A stretch of 63,769 bases of DNA, the filler included, from Octopus bimaculoides (lineage: Eukaryota), in the NCBI RefSeq assembly GCF_001194135.2. It is 6 parts of 6 records of this genome, joined end to end, with 100 filler letters (N's around TTAATTAATTAA, not from the genome) between each part and the next. Parts side by side here need not be neighbours in the genome. Positions count along the whole stretch, not along the records: positions 9,546 to 35,461 come from NC_069006.1; positions 35,562 to 53,517 come from NC_069008.1; 4 more parts are not named here. One strand, written 5' to 3'. Below are positions 28,263-40,129 of the stretch, piece after piece. Both the position numbers and the translations under genes were made by a program. How positions within the stretch are numbered: the stretch's first letter is position 1; each line of letters begins with the position of its first letter. The notes below the pieces were generated by a model, which saw only the letters and a list, made by a program, of their open reading frames with translations, did not search any database and had not been told where the DNA came from.

Positions 28263-30962
28263 CACACTTCAGCTGTCCAAGCCCACTCTCTCCCTCACCC
28301 CAACCCTAATAAACATCTGATTACATCTATTAAGGCCAAGTGTTGATTATTACCTTGTCGCACACAGTGGGTGTTGCATCCACTGACATCATGGCCTATC
28401 CTATATCTTCTGTCTGTTACTAATATACAAACTAATGGTTATGTGAACTAGATAGTTGGATGTCTCTGTCTGTGTATCTCTCCCATCTATTAACTACAAT
28501 CATTCTTACTTAATACTGCTACCTGTATGACAATTACAGTCAGGTGAGGTTGGCAAGAAGTGTGTTGTTTTTTTCTTTACTAACCCTTTTACTGTCTGAA
28601 ATGTTCGCATTTCATGAATGTCACCAAATTCTTGTAATACCGCAGACAGTGGATGAGGCAGGGTCGATTGGTCGTATCAAATTAACTGACACTTTATGGC
28701 CTTCCTGGAATGTTTCTCCAGTCTGTGAATCTTTGTTGAATGTTTTGTGACGCACCCTGCTGCCCCTCAATATTTCTTTGAAGTGTGTGAACCATCTAAA
28801 ATATGTTTTCAGAATGGACTCTCTTTTTTGTTGTTATAAAGGTTTAGCTGTGTGATACTAATCCCCTTAATATCTAAATCTAGCCCCTTTCTCATCAGTC
28901 ATTTTGCCCTACTAGCTACACCAACTAAATTCCATCAAATTGCACTCATCATCATTTAACATCCTTGTTCCATACATCCATGGGTCAGACAGTTTTACAG
29001 GATCCGATGGGCCCAAGGACTGCGCTACATTCCAATGTCTGTAGTTGGATATATTTGAGGTATATTTGAACCTGTAAGAAATTCATTTGCTGTATTTTGT
29101 GGTGGAGAAAATTTCTTGTTGTAGAAAAATAGGTGTAAATAGACTGAGTCAGTTCACAGCATTCCTTAACCAGATTGTTGGTTGAGAGACAGGTCCCTCA
29201 TGATGCTCCCGTCATCATTCAATAACTGGTTAACGTTTACTTTTTCATGTTGGAGCTGTTCCCTTCTTGTTGTCAACCCCCATTTGTTTCCGGATGAGGT
29301 ATAATCTCCCAGTCTATCAAACAACAAACAGCCTGGATATATTATGTGGAAAACCTGGAGCAAATAACACTGTATGAAGAGACTTTTTTTTCGTTTACAG
29401 ACATCATGCAACATCTCAAGACCGGTCATTCATGTAGTTCCATGTCTTTATGGTGACCTACAAGCAGGCAACACCATTAGTAAATATCACTGCTTACTAT
29501 CAACAAATGATCACACATGTAAAGAAAAATACAAACTCCTATTCACACACACACACACACACATACACATACACACACACATATATGACAGGCTTCTTTC
29601 AGTTTCTCTCTATCAAATCTTCTCACAAGGCTTTGTTTGGCAGAAGACACTTGCTCAAGTAGGCATGCAGTGAGTCTGAACCTGAAATCATGTGGTTGGG
29701 AAACTGATTTTTTAACCGCCCAGCCATACCTGTTTATAAAAGATACGGAATGGTCACAACTGGAATGCTTTATTTTTTTTCCATTGGTTTGTTTAAGAGG
29801 CAGGGGCTGTGCTCTTGGATTTAGGGGACCTTTTGAAACTGTTGAATAATTGCAAGTCAACAGCTACAGGAAGAAAACCTGAGCAGAGGGAATTCTTGAG
29901 AAAAGACGGAGTATAGTTGTTAGTGTGTGGGGGTGGGGTGAGCACAAAAGTGGGGATACTTGTGAGTTTAAGAATGTTTGAGAGGAGGGGAATAAAGAAC
30001 AACCAGTTCCAAACAGCATAGGGGCCACTGTAGTAGCAACAGCGGAGGTCGGTCAACAACCTTGTACCAATCAGTCGAGGGTGGGAATTGAACATAGAAC
30101 TTTAGTGTTTCCACAAGAATGTAGTGAATGTTCAGTTGTTATTGTTTAACCCAGGGCAACTCTGATTGAGCAAATTTATGATTAAACCATTTTGTTACCA
30201 TATTTCTGTTGAAATCCATGGCCTCTGTTTCAATTGATTTTGAAAATAATGAAGAATTTAGTAGAATAAGTTTGAATAAACTGGTTGTTTGGAACAAAAA
30301 TTAATATGAAACTTTGATGGAAGGCTTTAATTTAGATCACTTTAAAACTAGGAATTTGTATCATAGAATTAAGGGTGGTCTCAGGCAGGTTGGTATGAAA
30401 ACGGTTAAACCCAAGCATAGTGGATTCAGGACAATATTATTAAATAGGGAGTGATTTGAGGAAAACTTGACTGCAGTTTTTAGCAGCTTTAGCAACCACA
30501 TAAAGGCTTCTTTGTCAGTTCAGGGTTTGGTCAGTTTTAGTCATTAAAATTCAGATTGATATCCATTAATCCATGATGTGGTGGTGGTAGTAATGCTGGT
30601 GGTCTGTGAGATGGCCTTGTTATTCAGTCAACTGATTCTCAAGAAAACCTGTGTCTGCTATTTTAACAAATCGGCTGTGAAATGTTCCGCCTGAGTCGTT
30701 CTAGTGTATTAATGAGAAATATATTGACAGAATTATTTCTAATGATGGCTGTGATGACATAGACATTTCAGCATTTATTACCCCCATTTATGTTATAAAT
30801 CTCTCTCTCTCTCTGCCCCTAAATCCCCACTGCCACCTTACAGCAGGTTACCATTCATATTTATGTGCATTTAATGTTCATATCATCTCTACAATGTTGC
30901 TGTTGTCACATGCACTTTCCTACCTCCCACTAAACCCCTCTCTCGTTTCTCTTTTTTTCCAG

Positions 30963-31101
30963 TTAACTCCCACTATGGCCGTAATCGCTTCAATCGACGT
31001 GCTGCCCGCAATGATGTGCCCATAGCAAAGGTGATCCAGATTGAAGAGGAGAAAAAACACCAGGAGGAGCGTATGCAACAACTGAAACTTTTGCATCAAA
31101 G
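30963..31101 (+). CDS. CCDC50: CCDC50-like exon B (phase 1-2): (I)NSHYGRNRFNRRAARNDVPIAKVIQIEEEKKHQEERMQQLKLLHQ(R)
   Basis: ttttttccag|TT...AAG|gtttgt. Resembles CCDC50 'EHHxxxNxxRNRLVQHDLQVAKQLQEE'; in frame with exons A and C. Confidence 0.85.
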
Positions 31102-31389
31102 GTTTGTATTTAACTGTTTTCGCNNNNNNNNNNNNNNNNNNNNNNNNNNNNNNNNNNNNNNNNNNNNNNNNNNNNNNNGGGGGGGGGGGGGCACTGGCGA
31201 TATTTACAAGTATTAGTCCTTTGTTCCTCTTTTTAACACCCCCCTCTCTCTTCTTTTACCCACTATCTTTTGTATAAAACCTTAGAACATATCTGGTAAC
31301 AGCACTCACTTTATTATACACTCACTGCAAAAACATCTCACTATACATACACCTTCTACAACAATACTCTCACTATACACCCTCTACAA

Positions 31390-31640
31390 CAGTGGTTCCC
31401 AAAGTGGGCAGTATTGCTCCCCTGGGGGCAGTGGAAAGTTCCAAGGGGGCATTGAAGAAGAGTGGCGTGATAATGGGGGAGCGATTCATGTAAAAACAAA
31501 CAAAATAATGGATTCACTAGGTTAAGTTTTATTTGTGAAATACGGTTGCTTTGAATTTGCTTCAGAAAGAGATCTATGTGATGGCTAGTTGGGGCGGGGG
31601 GAACTTGGAATGTGGCCTGAGTGTCAAGGGGTGGCAGCCC
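31390..31640 (+). mobile_element. hAT-type MITE fragment (one end)
   Basis: CAGTGGTTCCCAAAGTGGG terminus typical of hAT/Charlie elements; no partner TIR found. Confidence 0.5.
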
Positions 31641-33508
31641 ACATTAATAACACAGTCTTATTAGACACCCACAAATCGCAATCCTTGTCCTACTATGCTC
31701 CCACTATCACCAATCTTTTTCCTACTAGACAACGCTGCATGTCTATATATGGTTACTAACTGACCCTAGTATTGTTAGGGTACTATAGGACCATATCACC
31801 AGCATGTAGTTACTAACTACCACCTAATATTGTTATCAGAGCTAGAAGAGTGTTGCAGTTCAGCTAGCACATTGATCCTGGGTCCTGGGAATCAGAGGAG
31901 TCCATGAATACCTGGTAAGCCCTGTCCACAAGGAAAAAAAAAAAAAATTAAGATAACTCACACCCTTTCAAAATGTCTGAGATACTCCTACCACCACCGC
32001 CACCACACCCCATTGAGGCCTGAAAACAATCCACCATACCAAATCTCTGGGTATTGCCACCACCACCACTAAAGCACTTGATGTCTGTTCTGTTCCCTGC
32101 TCAGTTGCACCACATGGAATGTTGCACTAGTCTAACAACACAACTTTTATGGCCTTGCTGGATCCCCACCATCACCACTACCACTACCACTGCACCCAGA
32201 ACCCTGTTCACTAAGTATCACCACCACCCTAACACTGTAGTCAATACTGCACCTAGAAGAACCCTGTTAATCAATACACTGCAAACAATGACACCTTATT
32301 GTTAATCCACCGATATTTCTTTCATTGCTGACTGCTGAGAAAACAACAGAAATGATGATGGTGGTGGTGGTGGTGGGGGTGGGGGTATTGATTTCCATCT
32401 TCACTGTTGGCTATTTGGTCACTGCGACCACTACTGGACATTTACTGAAACTATTACAAGTATTTCCTTTCAAATTTGAATGGTGGTGGCGAGGGTGGCT
32501 GGGTGGTGGTGGTGGTGGTAGCTTGTAGTGATAGTGGTGTTAAGTGGTGGTGTAGTGGTAGAAATGTAGTGATGATGGTGGTAGCAGTAGTGGTGGTGGT
32601 GGTGGTGTGTCTCAGAATGACATTGCAGGATGGTATTTTGAATAAAGGGTGTAGAAGTAACAGTGGTAGTGCTGGTGATGGATTAGGATGCAGTGGCCAA
32701 ATGTAATGGTGGTGGTGGTGGTGGGTCCAACCATTGATCAGTCACCCTAACCCTCACCACATACTGCATCTCATGTCACCTCTCCACTCTCCTTCTCCAC
32801 TCATTCTCTCTTTCTCTCACATGCCCACTCTCATGCACATTCTTTTCCTCCTCCTCTTACTACTTCACATCTCTCTCTCTCTCTCTCTCTTTCCTCTCAC
32901 ATATAAACATTCACTCTATCTTTCTGACTCTCTTAAATGTACATTATCTTCCTCACAATCCCCTCTCCCCCCTCACAACTACACATTAACTCCCCCTCCT
33001 TTACTTTCTTCCTCTGTCATACACACATACACTCTCTGTCTCTCTGCCACTCTCTCTCTCTCCCCCACTCTCTCTCTCTCCCCCTTTCCTCTCTTCCTCC
33101 CCTTCTCTCGAATGCACATCTTTCTCCCTGTCTTCTCTTCCTCCCCCTCTCATATATGCTCATTATTTTTTCCTCTCTCTCTCACACAATCTTTCCTCAT
33201 TCCCCTCCCCCCTCTCCAACTACTCCACATCTATTCTCAACCATATCATAACTGTTGGACATCTGGAGGTTTCTGCAGACTACCAGACAGCCACTGAATT
33301 AGAAGTGGGTGGTGGTGGTGATGGTGGTATTTAACCCTGGGCCAGTCAGTCTTTACTCGTCAGATTTATAATACAAAGTTGTTCTAACCCCAAACATCTC
33401 AGCATTTTTTTCTATCTGGGACTTCATTGTCCAATGACTATGTGTGGTGTGGTGTGGTAAAAGGTAGACTTGGTTGCTATTTTTAGTGAGTTGAGTGACC
33501 ATATAGAG

Positions 33509-33815
33509 CAGGGGTTCTCAACCACTTTTTATCTATGGACCCCTTTGATTACTATTTTATTCTGGTGGATCCCCATAGCCATTTCATGTTTAAAAACTAG
33601 TTTTATAGAAACGTTTTAAAATTCCTATTTTGTTTTTTGCACATTAACTTGTGTAGGTTGAACTATGTAAAATGTTAGAGAAAGAAACCTAACTGTTTCT
33701 TGCAATACATCCCAATGCATACATCTAAGGCAAAAGCTTTTCAGGGTCCCTTCAAATTCTATTGTGCATCCCTAATTTTCTATTCTATCACATGGACCCT
33801 GGTTGAGAAGCACTG
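33509..33815. mobile_element. hAT MITE with 8-bp TSD
   Basis: TIRs CAGGGGTTCTCAACC / GGTTGAGAAGCACTG; flanks ATATAGAG (33501-33508) and ATAAAGAG (33816-33823), 7/8 identical. Confidence 0.85.
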
Positions 33816-33969
33816 ATAAAGAGGCTCACTCAATGTGTTTGTGGGAGAATGTGTGCATAAATGTGTAGGTGTGTATAAATGTGTATGTTGTCACTGTATC
33901 ACCATCATCATCATCATTACAGTTCTAATGCAGTAACTAGCTAACCTTTGTCTGTTTGTCTATCTGTAG

Positions 33970-34063
33970 GTCCCAAGAGGATCAGAAAATTGCCCAGAAG
34001 GTGTACCAGGAAATCTTAAAAGAGGAGCAGAATGATAAGAGTATGATGGAGTGTGATGATGAG
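33970..34063 (+). CDS. CCDC50: CCDC50-like exon C (phase 2-0): SQEDQKIAQKVYQEILKEEQNDKSMMECDDE
   Basis: tctgtag|G...GAG|gtgagt; continues the frame; DxxIAQ repeat as in CCDC50. Confidence 0.85.
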
Positions 34064-34339
34064 GTGAGTATCTGGTTTTTTATTGAGTCAAGAGTTTTCA
34101 CGGTAGCAGTGGTGGATGGAGGTTGGGTTGGGGCATTGGTGCGGTGAATATTATATGTTTTTTGTATATAATATACATGTTATTATAATGGATGAAGGGA
34201 TGATTATTGAATGGTTATTATTTTGATATTATGATATTTTTTAAATAATTTTTCTATCTTTATATAATAAGTATTTCATATTAATTCATTTGGTACTTAT
34301 TGTTGGTTGAGATATATATCTAATTATTGTTCTACTTAC

Positions 34340-34453
34340 GATCTGACAAGTAGCTATATTTTTGAATAGAATTTATTTTCGATAATTTCAATTGATTTTA
34401 ATCGATTTAAATTTCTTTTCTATTTGAAAATTGGTTATGAAACACGTGTAATC
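34340..34453 (+). ncRNA. degenerate minimal hammerhead ribozyme motif with long stem II
   Basis: GAT-CTGACAA-[~89-nt imperfect hairpin]-GAAA-CACGTG-TA-ATC. Stem I GAT/ATC, palindromic stem III, GUA site; G8 replaced by A. Confidence 0.45.
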
Positions 34454-34594
34454 TTTTTATTATATTTATCTTATGATATTTACTTTACTTTATATTATAC
34501 TCATTTATTGTGCTTTTAATTATTAATTTTTCTATATGTGATAGTGGATTTTCATCGATGAGTTCTTGAAAATTGGTTATTTTCCCTAAAACTA

Positions 34595-34626
<32 letters not shown>

Positions 34627-35190
34627 GCTTTACAAAGCTCCTCCATGGGTATCAGCTCCCATATGCAGTCATACAGCTGGAATTCTCTTTTTACTGAATA
34701 CACATGAAAATCCATTAATATCCACAGACTTCATACAAAAGAATCATTATACAAGAAGGAGGATGCAATTTGTGTGTATGTGTGTGGCTGTGTACTTGTA
34801 TGCATTTGTGTCAGTTCATATTTGCCTTTTCATCACATGTATTCACTTAATCTAGTTGCAAGCAATGGCCTTGCTGAAAGTGTCATTTGTTTGCAATCCA
34901 CTCTAAAAGTATGTCATAGGGCTTCTTGACATGTTGTACAATATTTGTAAACTAGAGGCTCATTTATAAGGTGTTTGTTTGTTTCCAGTCCTTTGCATAA
35001 TCATGTCTTGATTGTTGTCCAATAGATTAAGAGATCTATTACCTTGCTTGGAAATGAGTGGGGATGTTGGTGACAGGAAGGACATCCAGTTGTAGAAAAG
35101 GCTCTGTCCAAATGTACTCTCTTCTGATTCATGCAAGCATGGAAAAGAAAGCAATAAAATGATAATGATGATATTTTTCTCTCTAATTAG

Positions 35191-35344
35191 GAACTAGCCC
35201 GACAAATGCAAGACAAAGAAAAGAGGAAATACGATCGATACCTAGAGAAGAAAAGAGAACGTCAACTGAAGAGAGAACGGGAGAAGATTGAGAAGAAACT
35301 TGCTGAACAATCAGAAGAAGCACGACTGACCACGTTTTCTTCTG
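35191..35344 (+). CDS. CCDC50: CCDC50-like exon D (phase 0-1): ELARQMQDKEKRKYDRYLEKKRERQLKREREKIEKKLAEQSEEARLTTFSS
   Basis: ctctaattag|GAA...TCTG|gtaagt. Coiled-coil; with exon C it gives DDEELARQMQ, an MIU-like DxxLAxxLQ motif. Exons A-D total 450 nt with no stop. Confidence 0.85.
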
Positions 35345-35351
35345 GTAAGTT

Positions 35352-35461
35352 GATGGTGGTGGTGGTGGTGATGGGTGGAAGAAATGAGTCTTGCAGTTTG
35401 GAGTGGTGGTGGTGGTGGTGGTGGGTGGAAGAAATGAGTCTTGCAGTTTGGAGTGGTGGTG
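35352..35461. repeat. direct duplication of GGTGGAAGAAATGAGTCTTGCAGTTTGGAGTGGTGG within a (GGT)n tract
   Basis: Directly visible, two copies. Confidence 0.85.
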
Positions 35462-35818
35462 NNNNNNNNNNNNNNNNNNNNNNNNNNNNNNNNNNNNNNN
35501 NNNNNTTAATTAATTAANNNNNNNNNNNNNNNNNNNNNNNNNNNNNNNNNNNNNNNNNNNNCCCAGCCCTGATATTTCACCCCTCCAATCCCCATCCTCC
35601 AGTCCTGATATCCCTCCACTCCAGTTCTGGGAAAAAATATGGCAAAACAAGTTATTATTAGTGGCAATAAATGCCTTGACGAACAATTGACAACACGAAT
35701 TTAAAATATTCCTACAGCAGAAATCTTCAAAGAACATTACACAAAACTTCCAGAAGGAATTATGATAATACAAATAGATGATATAAATCTCGCAGTATTA
35801 GAATCATATTCCCCACAG

Positions 35819-35932
35819 ACTTCGGTCTTCCGAAGTTGGACTTCAGTAAGTCCATGTATGAGGACCTGTGTCAAACCAACCCACGAGCCCCAGTAAAGAA
35901 AAAGGGCAAGGCCGAAAGCCACTGGTGCCAAG
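35819..35932 (+). CDS. candidate TE-derived cassette exon (phase 1-1, 114 bp): (D)FGLPKLDFSKSMYEDLCQTNPRAPVKKKGKAESHWCQ
   Basis: ttccccacag|AC...CAAG|gtaagt; length divisible by 3; open in the frame set by exon D. No expression evidence. Confidence 0.3.
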
Positions 35933-36105
35933 GTAAGTAGATGGCTTGTATTCATGTTGGTTGTTTGAATGTGTGTGGCCTGGGGTCAAACTGGAAGCAA
36001 GGTCACTTCCTTAATGACATCAGGTCGTGCAATTTGGATGTCATTGTTGCTATGGAAACCCAGTTAAGGGGGACAAGAGATCTCCTCCCACTATTTGATG
36101 GCTCA
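35819..36105 (+). mobile_element. L1/Tx1-like LINE fragment: ORF1 end, TAG-ATG, ORF2 endonuclease start
   Basis: ...AESHWCQGK* abuts MACIHVGCLNVCGLGSNWKQGHFLNDIRSCNLDVIVAMETQL, matching the APE N-terminal motifs (xLNVxGL; DIIxLQET). Truncated by an RTE tail at ~36106. Confidence 0.7.
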
Positions 36106-36630
36106 GTACTGCCTGACTGGCCTTCGTGCGGGTGAGACGTAAAAGCACCCACTACACTCTCTGAGTGGTTGGCGTTAGGAAAAGGCATCCAGCTGTAGAA
36201 ACTCTGCCAAATCAGATTGGAGCCTGGTGTAGCCATCTGGTTCACCAGTCCTCAGTCAAATCGTCCAACCCATGCTAGCATGGAAAGCGGACGTTGAACG
36301 ACGATGATGATGATGAAGAGTTTTTTTCCTCTGCAGGCTGTCCTATTGGCAGAACAGCCATGAAAGATTTATTTATTTAAGCTGTTTTCTTTTAATCTCT
36401 TCATGTTTTTTCTTGCCTTTTATTCTTTCTAACATTTTCCTTCATATAGACTTCGTTGTTAATCTGGGTTTAGTCTTTTGCTTGTTGCTGTCGATGAATT
36501 GCAGCCATGCTGGAGCACAGAGTTTAGTCAGAAAAAGTCAACTCCATGACTTTTTTTTTTTTCTAAGCCGGTACTTACGTTATTAGTCTCTGCCAAATTA
36601 CTATTTTACAGGGACATAAACAAACCAGTT

Positions 36631-37016
36631 GTGGAGGCGCAATGGCCCAGTGGTTAGGGCTGCGGACTCGCGGTCATAGGATCGTGGTTTCGATTCCCAG
36701 ACCGGGCGTTGTGAGTGTTTATTGAGCGAAAACACCTAACCTAAAGCTCCATGAGGCTCCGCCAGGGGATGGTGGCAAACCCTGCTGTACTCTTTCACCA
36801 CAACTTTCTCTCACTCTTACTCCCTGTTTCTGTTGTGCCTGTAATTCAAAGGGTCAGCCTTGTCACACTGTCACGCTGAATATTCCCGAGAACTACGTTA
36901 AGGGTACACGTGTCTGTGGAGTGCTCAGCCACTTGCATATTAATTTCACGAGCAGGCTGTTCCGTTGATCGGATCTACTGGAACCCTCGACGTTGTAAGC
37001 GACAGAGTGCCTCCAC
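36631..37016 (+). mobile_element. tRNA-derived SINE family B, full length, 13-bp TSD
   Basis: A box TGGCCCAGTGG, B box GGTTTCGATTCCC; TSD AAACAAACCAGTT at 36618-36630 and 37017-37029. Confidence 0.92.
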
Positions 37017-37614
37017 AAACAAACCAGTTATTTGGATAGCTTTAATAGATTAGTAAATGTTTATTTCTATTGTTTTTCAGTTCAGAAACACAATATAATT
37101 TTCACTTTTGTAGTTTTACTGTTTAGGTATTTTGTATTTATTCAGTTTTTGTTTCTCTATTTTTTTTTTCAGATTATCAAATATCATTGGAAGAACTGTT
37201 TATCAGATATCATCATCAGCATCATTTAACATCCATTTTTCCATGCTGGCATGTGTTGGACAATTTGATGTGAACAAATAAAACGGAACTGAGCCAGGCT
37301 TCAGTGTCTATCTTGGCCTTTAATATAAACCACGTCGCAATGTGTACTGAATGCCTGTTTTTGTGGCACGAACACTGGTGAGGACACGGGTTGGGTAGAG
37401 CACTGAGGGACAAGAACAATTGTCTAGCTGAAGAGGTGAATATATGGCTTGTTCATGTATACATGTATATGTAATCAATGTTATCTTTTCAAAGACTAAA
37501 TGTTTCATAGAACAGACATAAATGTTCTTTATACACATTTATGATAGAATAACATTGAGGTATTTCTTCTCAACTAAGTTTCATAAAAACATTTCTCTAT
37601 TTCACTGGCTGCAG

Positions 37615-37817
37615 TATTTATGAAAAGATTTTATATCTTAATTGAACTCTCATTGCAAAAGGATTCAAAGCATCTTCAGATATCATCAAAGATCACAACT
37701 GGTGGAATTATAGAAGTATGTATTGCATTAATGATACAAGAGAAGAAAATTGCTGCATTTTTTGATGAGAAAAGAAAAATTATGGAAAATGAATTGTGTA
37801 AGAAAGTTAACTGTTAA
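37615..37817 (+). other. spliced leader ORF of ZNF-A, ending in a disrupted MENELC N-terminus
   Basis: Acceptor atttctctatttcactggctgcag|TA at 37614/37615; stop-free to TAA at 37815-37817. Contains ATGGAAAATGAATTGTGT (MENELC, 37782), the start of paralog ZNF-B, here cut off from the fingers by a stop and a +1 frameshift. Confidence 0.55.
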
Positions 37818-37851
37818 AAGGTAGTTGTAAAATACTGGTTTTTCTGATAAT

Positions 37852-39045
37852 ATGGAGAAGGAGATAGATAAAACATCATATCACTGTGATGTCTGTGATA
37901 AATCATTCTCTCGGAAACAGAAATTGAAGGTTCACAAATGCATTCGCATTGGAAAAAAACCACATGGCTTAAATATTTGTAGTGAATCATCCTCTCAAAG
38001 TAGTGATGTAACTAGACATAAACTCATTAATACAGAAAAGAAACCTTATTATTGTGATATCTGTGGTAAATCATTCTCTCGAAATGATAACTTAAGAACC
38101 CACAAACGTATTCACACAGGAGAGAACCCATATCATTGTGACATCTGTGGTAAATCATTCTCAAGAAGTGATCACCTAACTAAACACAAACGAATTCATA
38201 CAAGAGAGAAGCCATATCACTGTGATATCTGTGGTAAATCGTTCCCTATAAGTAGTAAGGTAACTATTCACAAATGTAATCATATAAGAGAAAAACCATA
38301 TCGCTGTGATATCTGTGGTAAATCATTCTCTCAAAATGCTAACTTGACTATTCATAAGCGAATTCATACAGGAGAGAAGCCATATCGCTGTGTTATCTGT
38401 GGTAAATCATATTCTCAATGTGGCATGTTAACTGTTCACAAACGAACTCATACAGGAGAGAGACCATATCAATGTGATGCCTGTGGTAAATCGTTCACTG
38501 CAAGAAGTGATTTAAGGTGCCACAAAGATATTCATAGAAAAGTGAAACCATATCGCTGTGATATCTGTGGTAATTTATTCGCTCAAAAACCTAACTTAAT
38601 TGCACACAAACGGATTCACACTGGAGAAAAACCATATCGCTGTGATATATGTGGTAAAAAATTCAACCAAAAACATCATGTAACTGAACACCAACATATT
38701 CATACAGGTAGGAAGCCACATCGCTGTGATATATGTGGTAAAACATTCGTTGTAAATGCTAAATTAACTATACACAAATGTATACATACAGGAGTGAAAC
38801 CATTTCGCTGTGATATCTGTGGTAAAACATTCCCTGCAAATTATAAGTTGACCAGACACAAACGTGTTCATACCGGAGAGAGACAATTTCCCTGTGGTGT
38901 CTGTGGTAAATCATTCCGTGAAAATTATACATTGACCATACACAAACGTATTCATACAGGAGAGAAACCATTTCGTTGTGATGTCTGTGGTGAATCATTC
39001 TCTCGACTATCTAACTTTACTAAACACAAAGGTATTCATATGTAA
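37852..39045 (+). CDS. C2H2 zinc-finger protein ZNF-A (12 intact + 2 degenerate fingers)
   Basis: 397-aa ORF of tandem CxxC-x12-HxxxH units with TGEKPY-type linkers and no KRAB/SCAN/BTB domain. Vestigial EKLYQC follows the stop, suggesting nonsense truncation of a longer array. Confidence 0.92.
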   Translation: MEKEIDKTSYHCDVCDKSFSRKQKLKVHKCIRIGKKPHGLNICSESSSQSSDVTRHKLINTEKKPYYCDICGKSFSRNDNLRTHKRIHTGENPYHCDICGKSFSRSDHLTKHKRIHTREKPYHCDICGKSFPISSKVTIHKCNHIREKPYRCDICGKSFSQNANLTIHKRIHTGEKPYRCVICGKSYSQCGMLTVHKRTHTGERPYQCDACGKSFTARSDLRCHKDIHRKVKPYRCDICGNLFAQKPNLIAHKRIHTGEKPYRCDICGKKFNQKHHVTEHQHIHTGRKPHRCDICGKTFVVNAKLTIHKCIHTGVKPFRCDICGKTFPANYKLTRHKRVHTGERQFPCGVCGKSFRENYTLTIHKRIHTGEKPFRCDVCGESFSRLSNFTKHKGIHM

Positions 39046-40129
39046 GAGAAACTGTATCAATGTCAAAATTTACTTAGTTAAACCTTTCACTCCCTACAAA
39101 CCTTCAGTGACTTTTCTTTATTGTTCCCAACTCTGAGCTCTTTACCTCTCCCATATCTTGTTGGTTTTCAATTTATGTTGAAGTTTCCCTTATTTTACTT
39201 TTTTTTCTAAGAACGGGTATTGGCACTACACACAAATTCATTTTCATCTCTGTAGGTGATCCATATGTTTGACCTCTATCCTTTGACCTGTCCAGTATGT
39301 GAGGCTTTGCCAGGAACCTATTGCTTTTCTAGCATAGTTTTTAGGGTCATTGGGTCTCACATGCCCCTACATTGCAACAAGGACTTGAAGTTGCAGTGCA
39401 ATATCAGTATTTATGCTGTACTGAACACAGTACAGTATGTGTAATATTTAACTTTTTATTATTAAAGTTGTTTCTTTTTTTCTCATTTGTATCATCATCA
39501 TCATCATCGTTTAACGTCCGCTTTCCATGCTGGCATAGGTTGGAGAGTTTGCCTGAGGGCTGGCAAGCCAGAAGGCTGCACCAGGCTCCAATTCAGTGTG
39601 TGACTCATAGATTGGATGAGGAGAATGTGTGTCATTTTATTTTGTACTTTCTTGATTTGTTTGTAAATCTGTAGATATAAGCCAAATGATGATGGGTACA
39701 AACAAAGCAATTTATAGTCAAGTGCAAGTTCCACATTAATGCACCAGAATGTTCTCTTTTTCTCAGGACTTTTAATGATGCATTCACATCTGCTGGGAGG
39801 CTGACCTCTACAAGAGAGCAGGATATCATCTCTTGTCGGACAAAACATCATATCTGTTCTGTTTGCACTGGATTGCTTATTTTTATTGGAGTATTACATC
39901 AGCTAAGTAACAGCCACTTCATGTGATTGGCTGATTAGCTGACCAATAAGCATCAAGACATCACTTGATGCAACTTTCTCAAACCTAGTACTATCCTAAT
40001 AAGGCTTATAAATAGACTAGTTTTGGATGCCAAATATCAGTGTTGGGAATTGTTACCATGGAAGCCACATTCTCAGTTTTCAACATCTTACAGTTGTTTT
40101 AACAACTTTGTATTCAGCCAAGCAAACAG

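Noticed and set aside
36337-36380. ttttcctctgcag acceptor giving a short phase-1 terminal exon (GCPIGRTAMKDLFI*)
   Set aside because: Plausible but no homology or other support over the alternative acceptors.
36631-36720. tRNA genes suggested by A/B boxes in SINE heads (also 46466, 51492)
   Set aside because: No complete cloverleaf, and they are followed by multi-copy SINE bodies.
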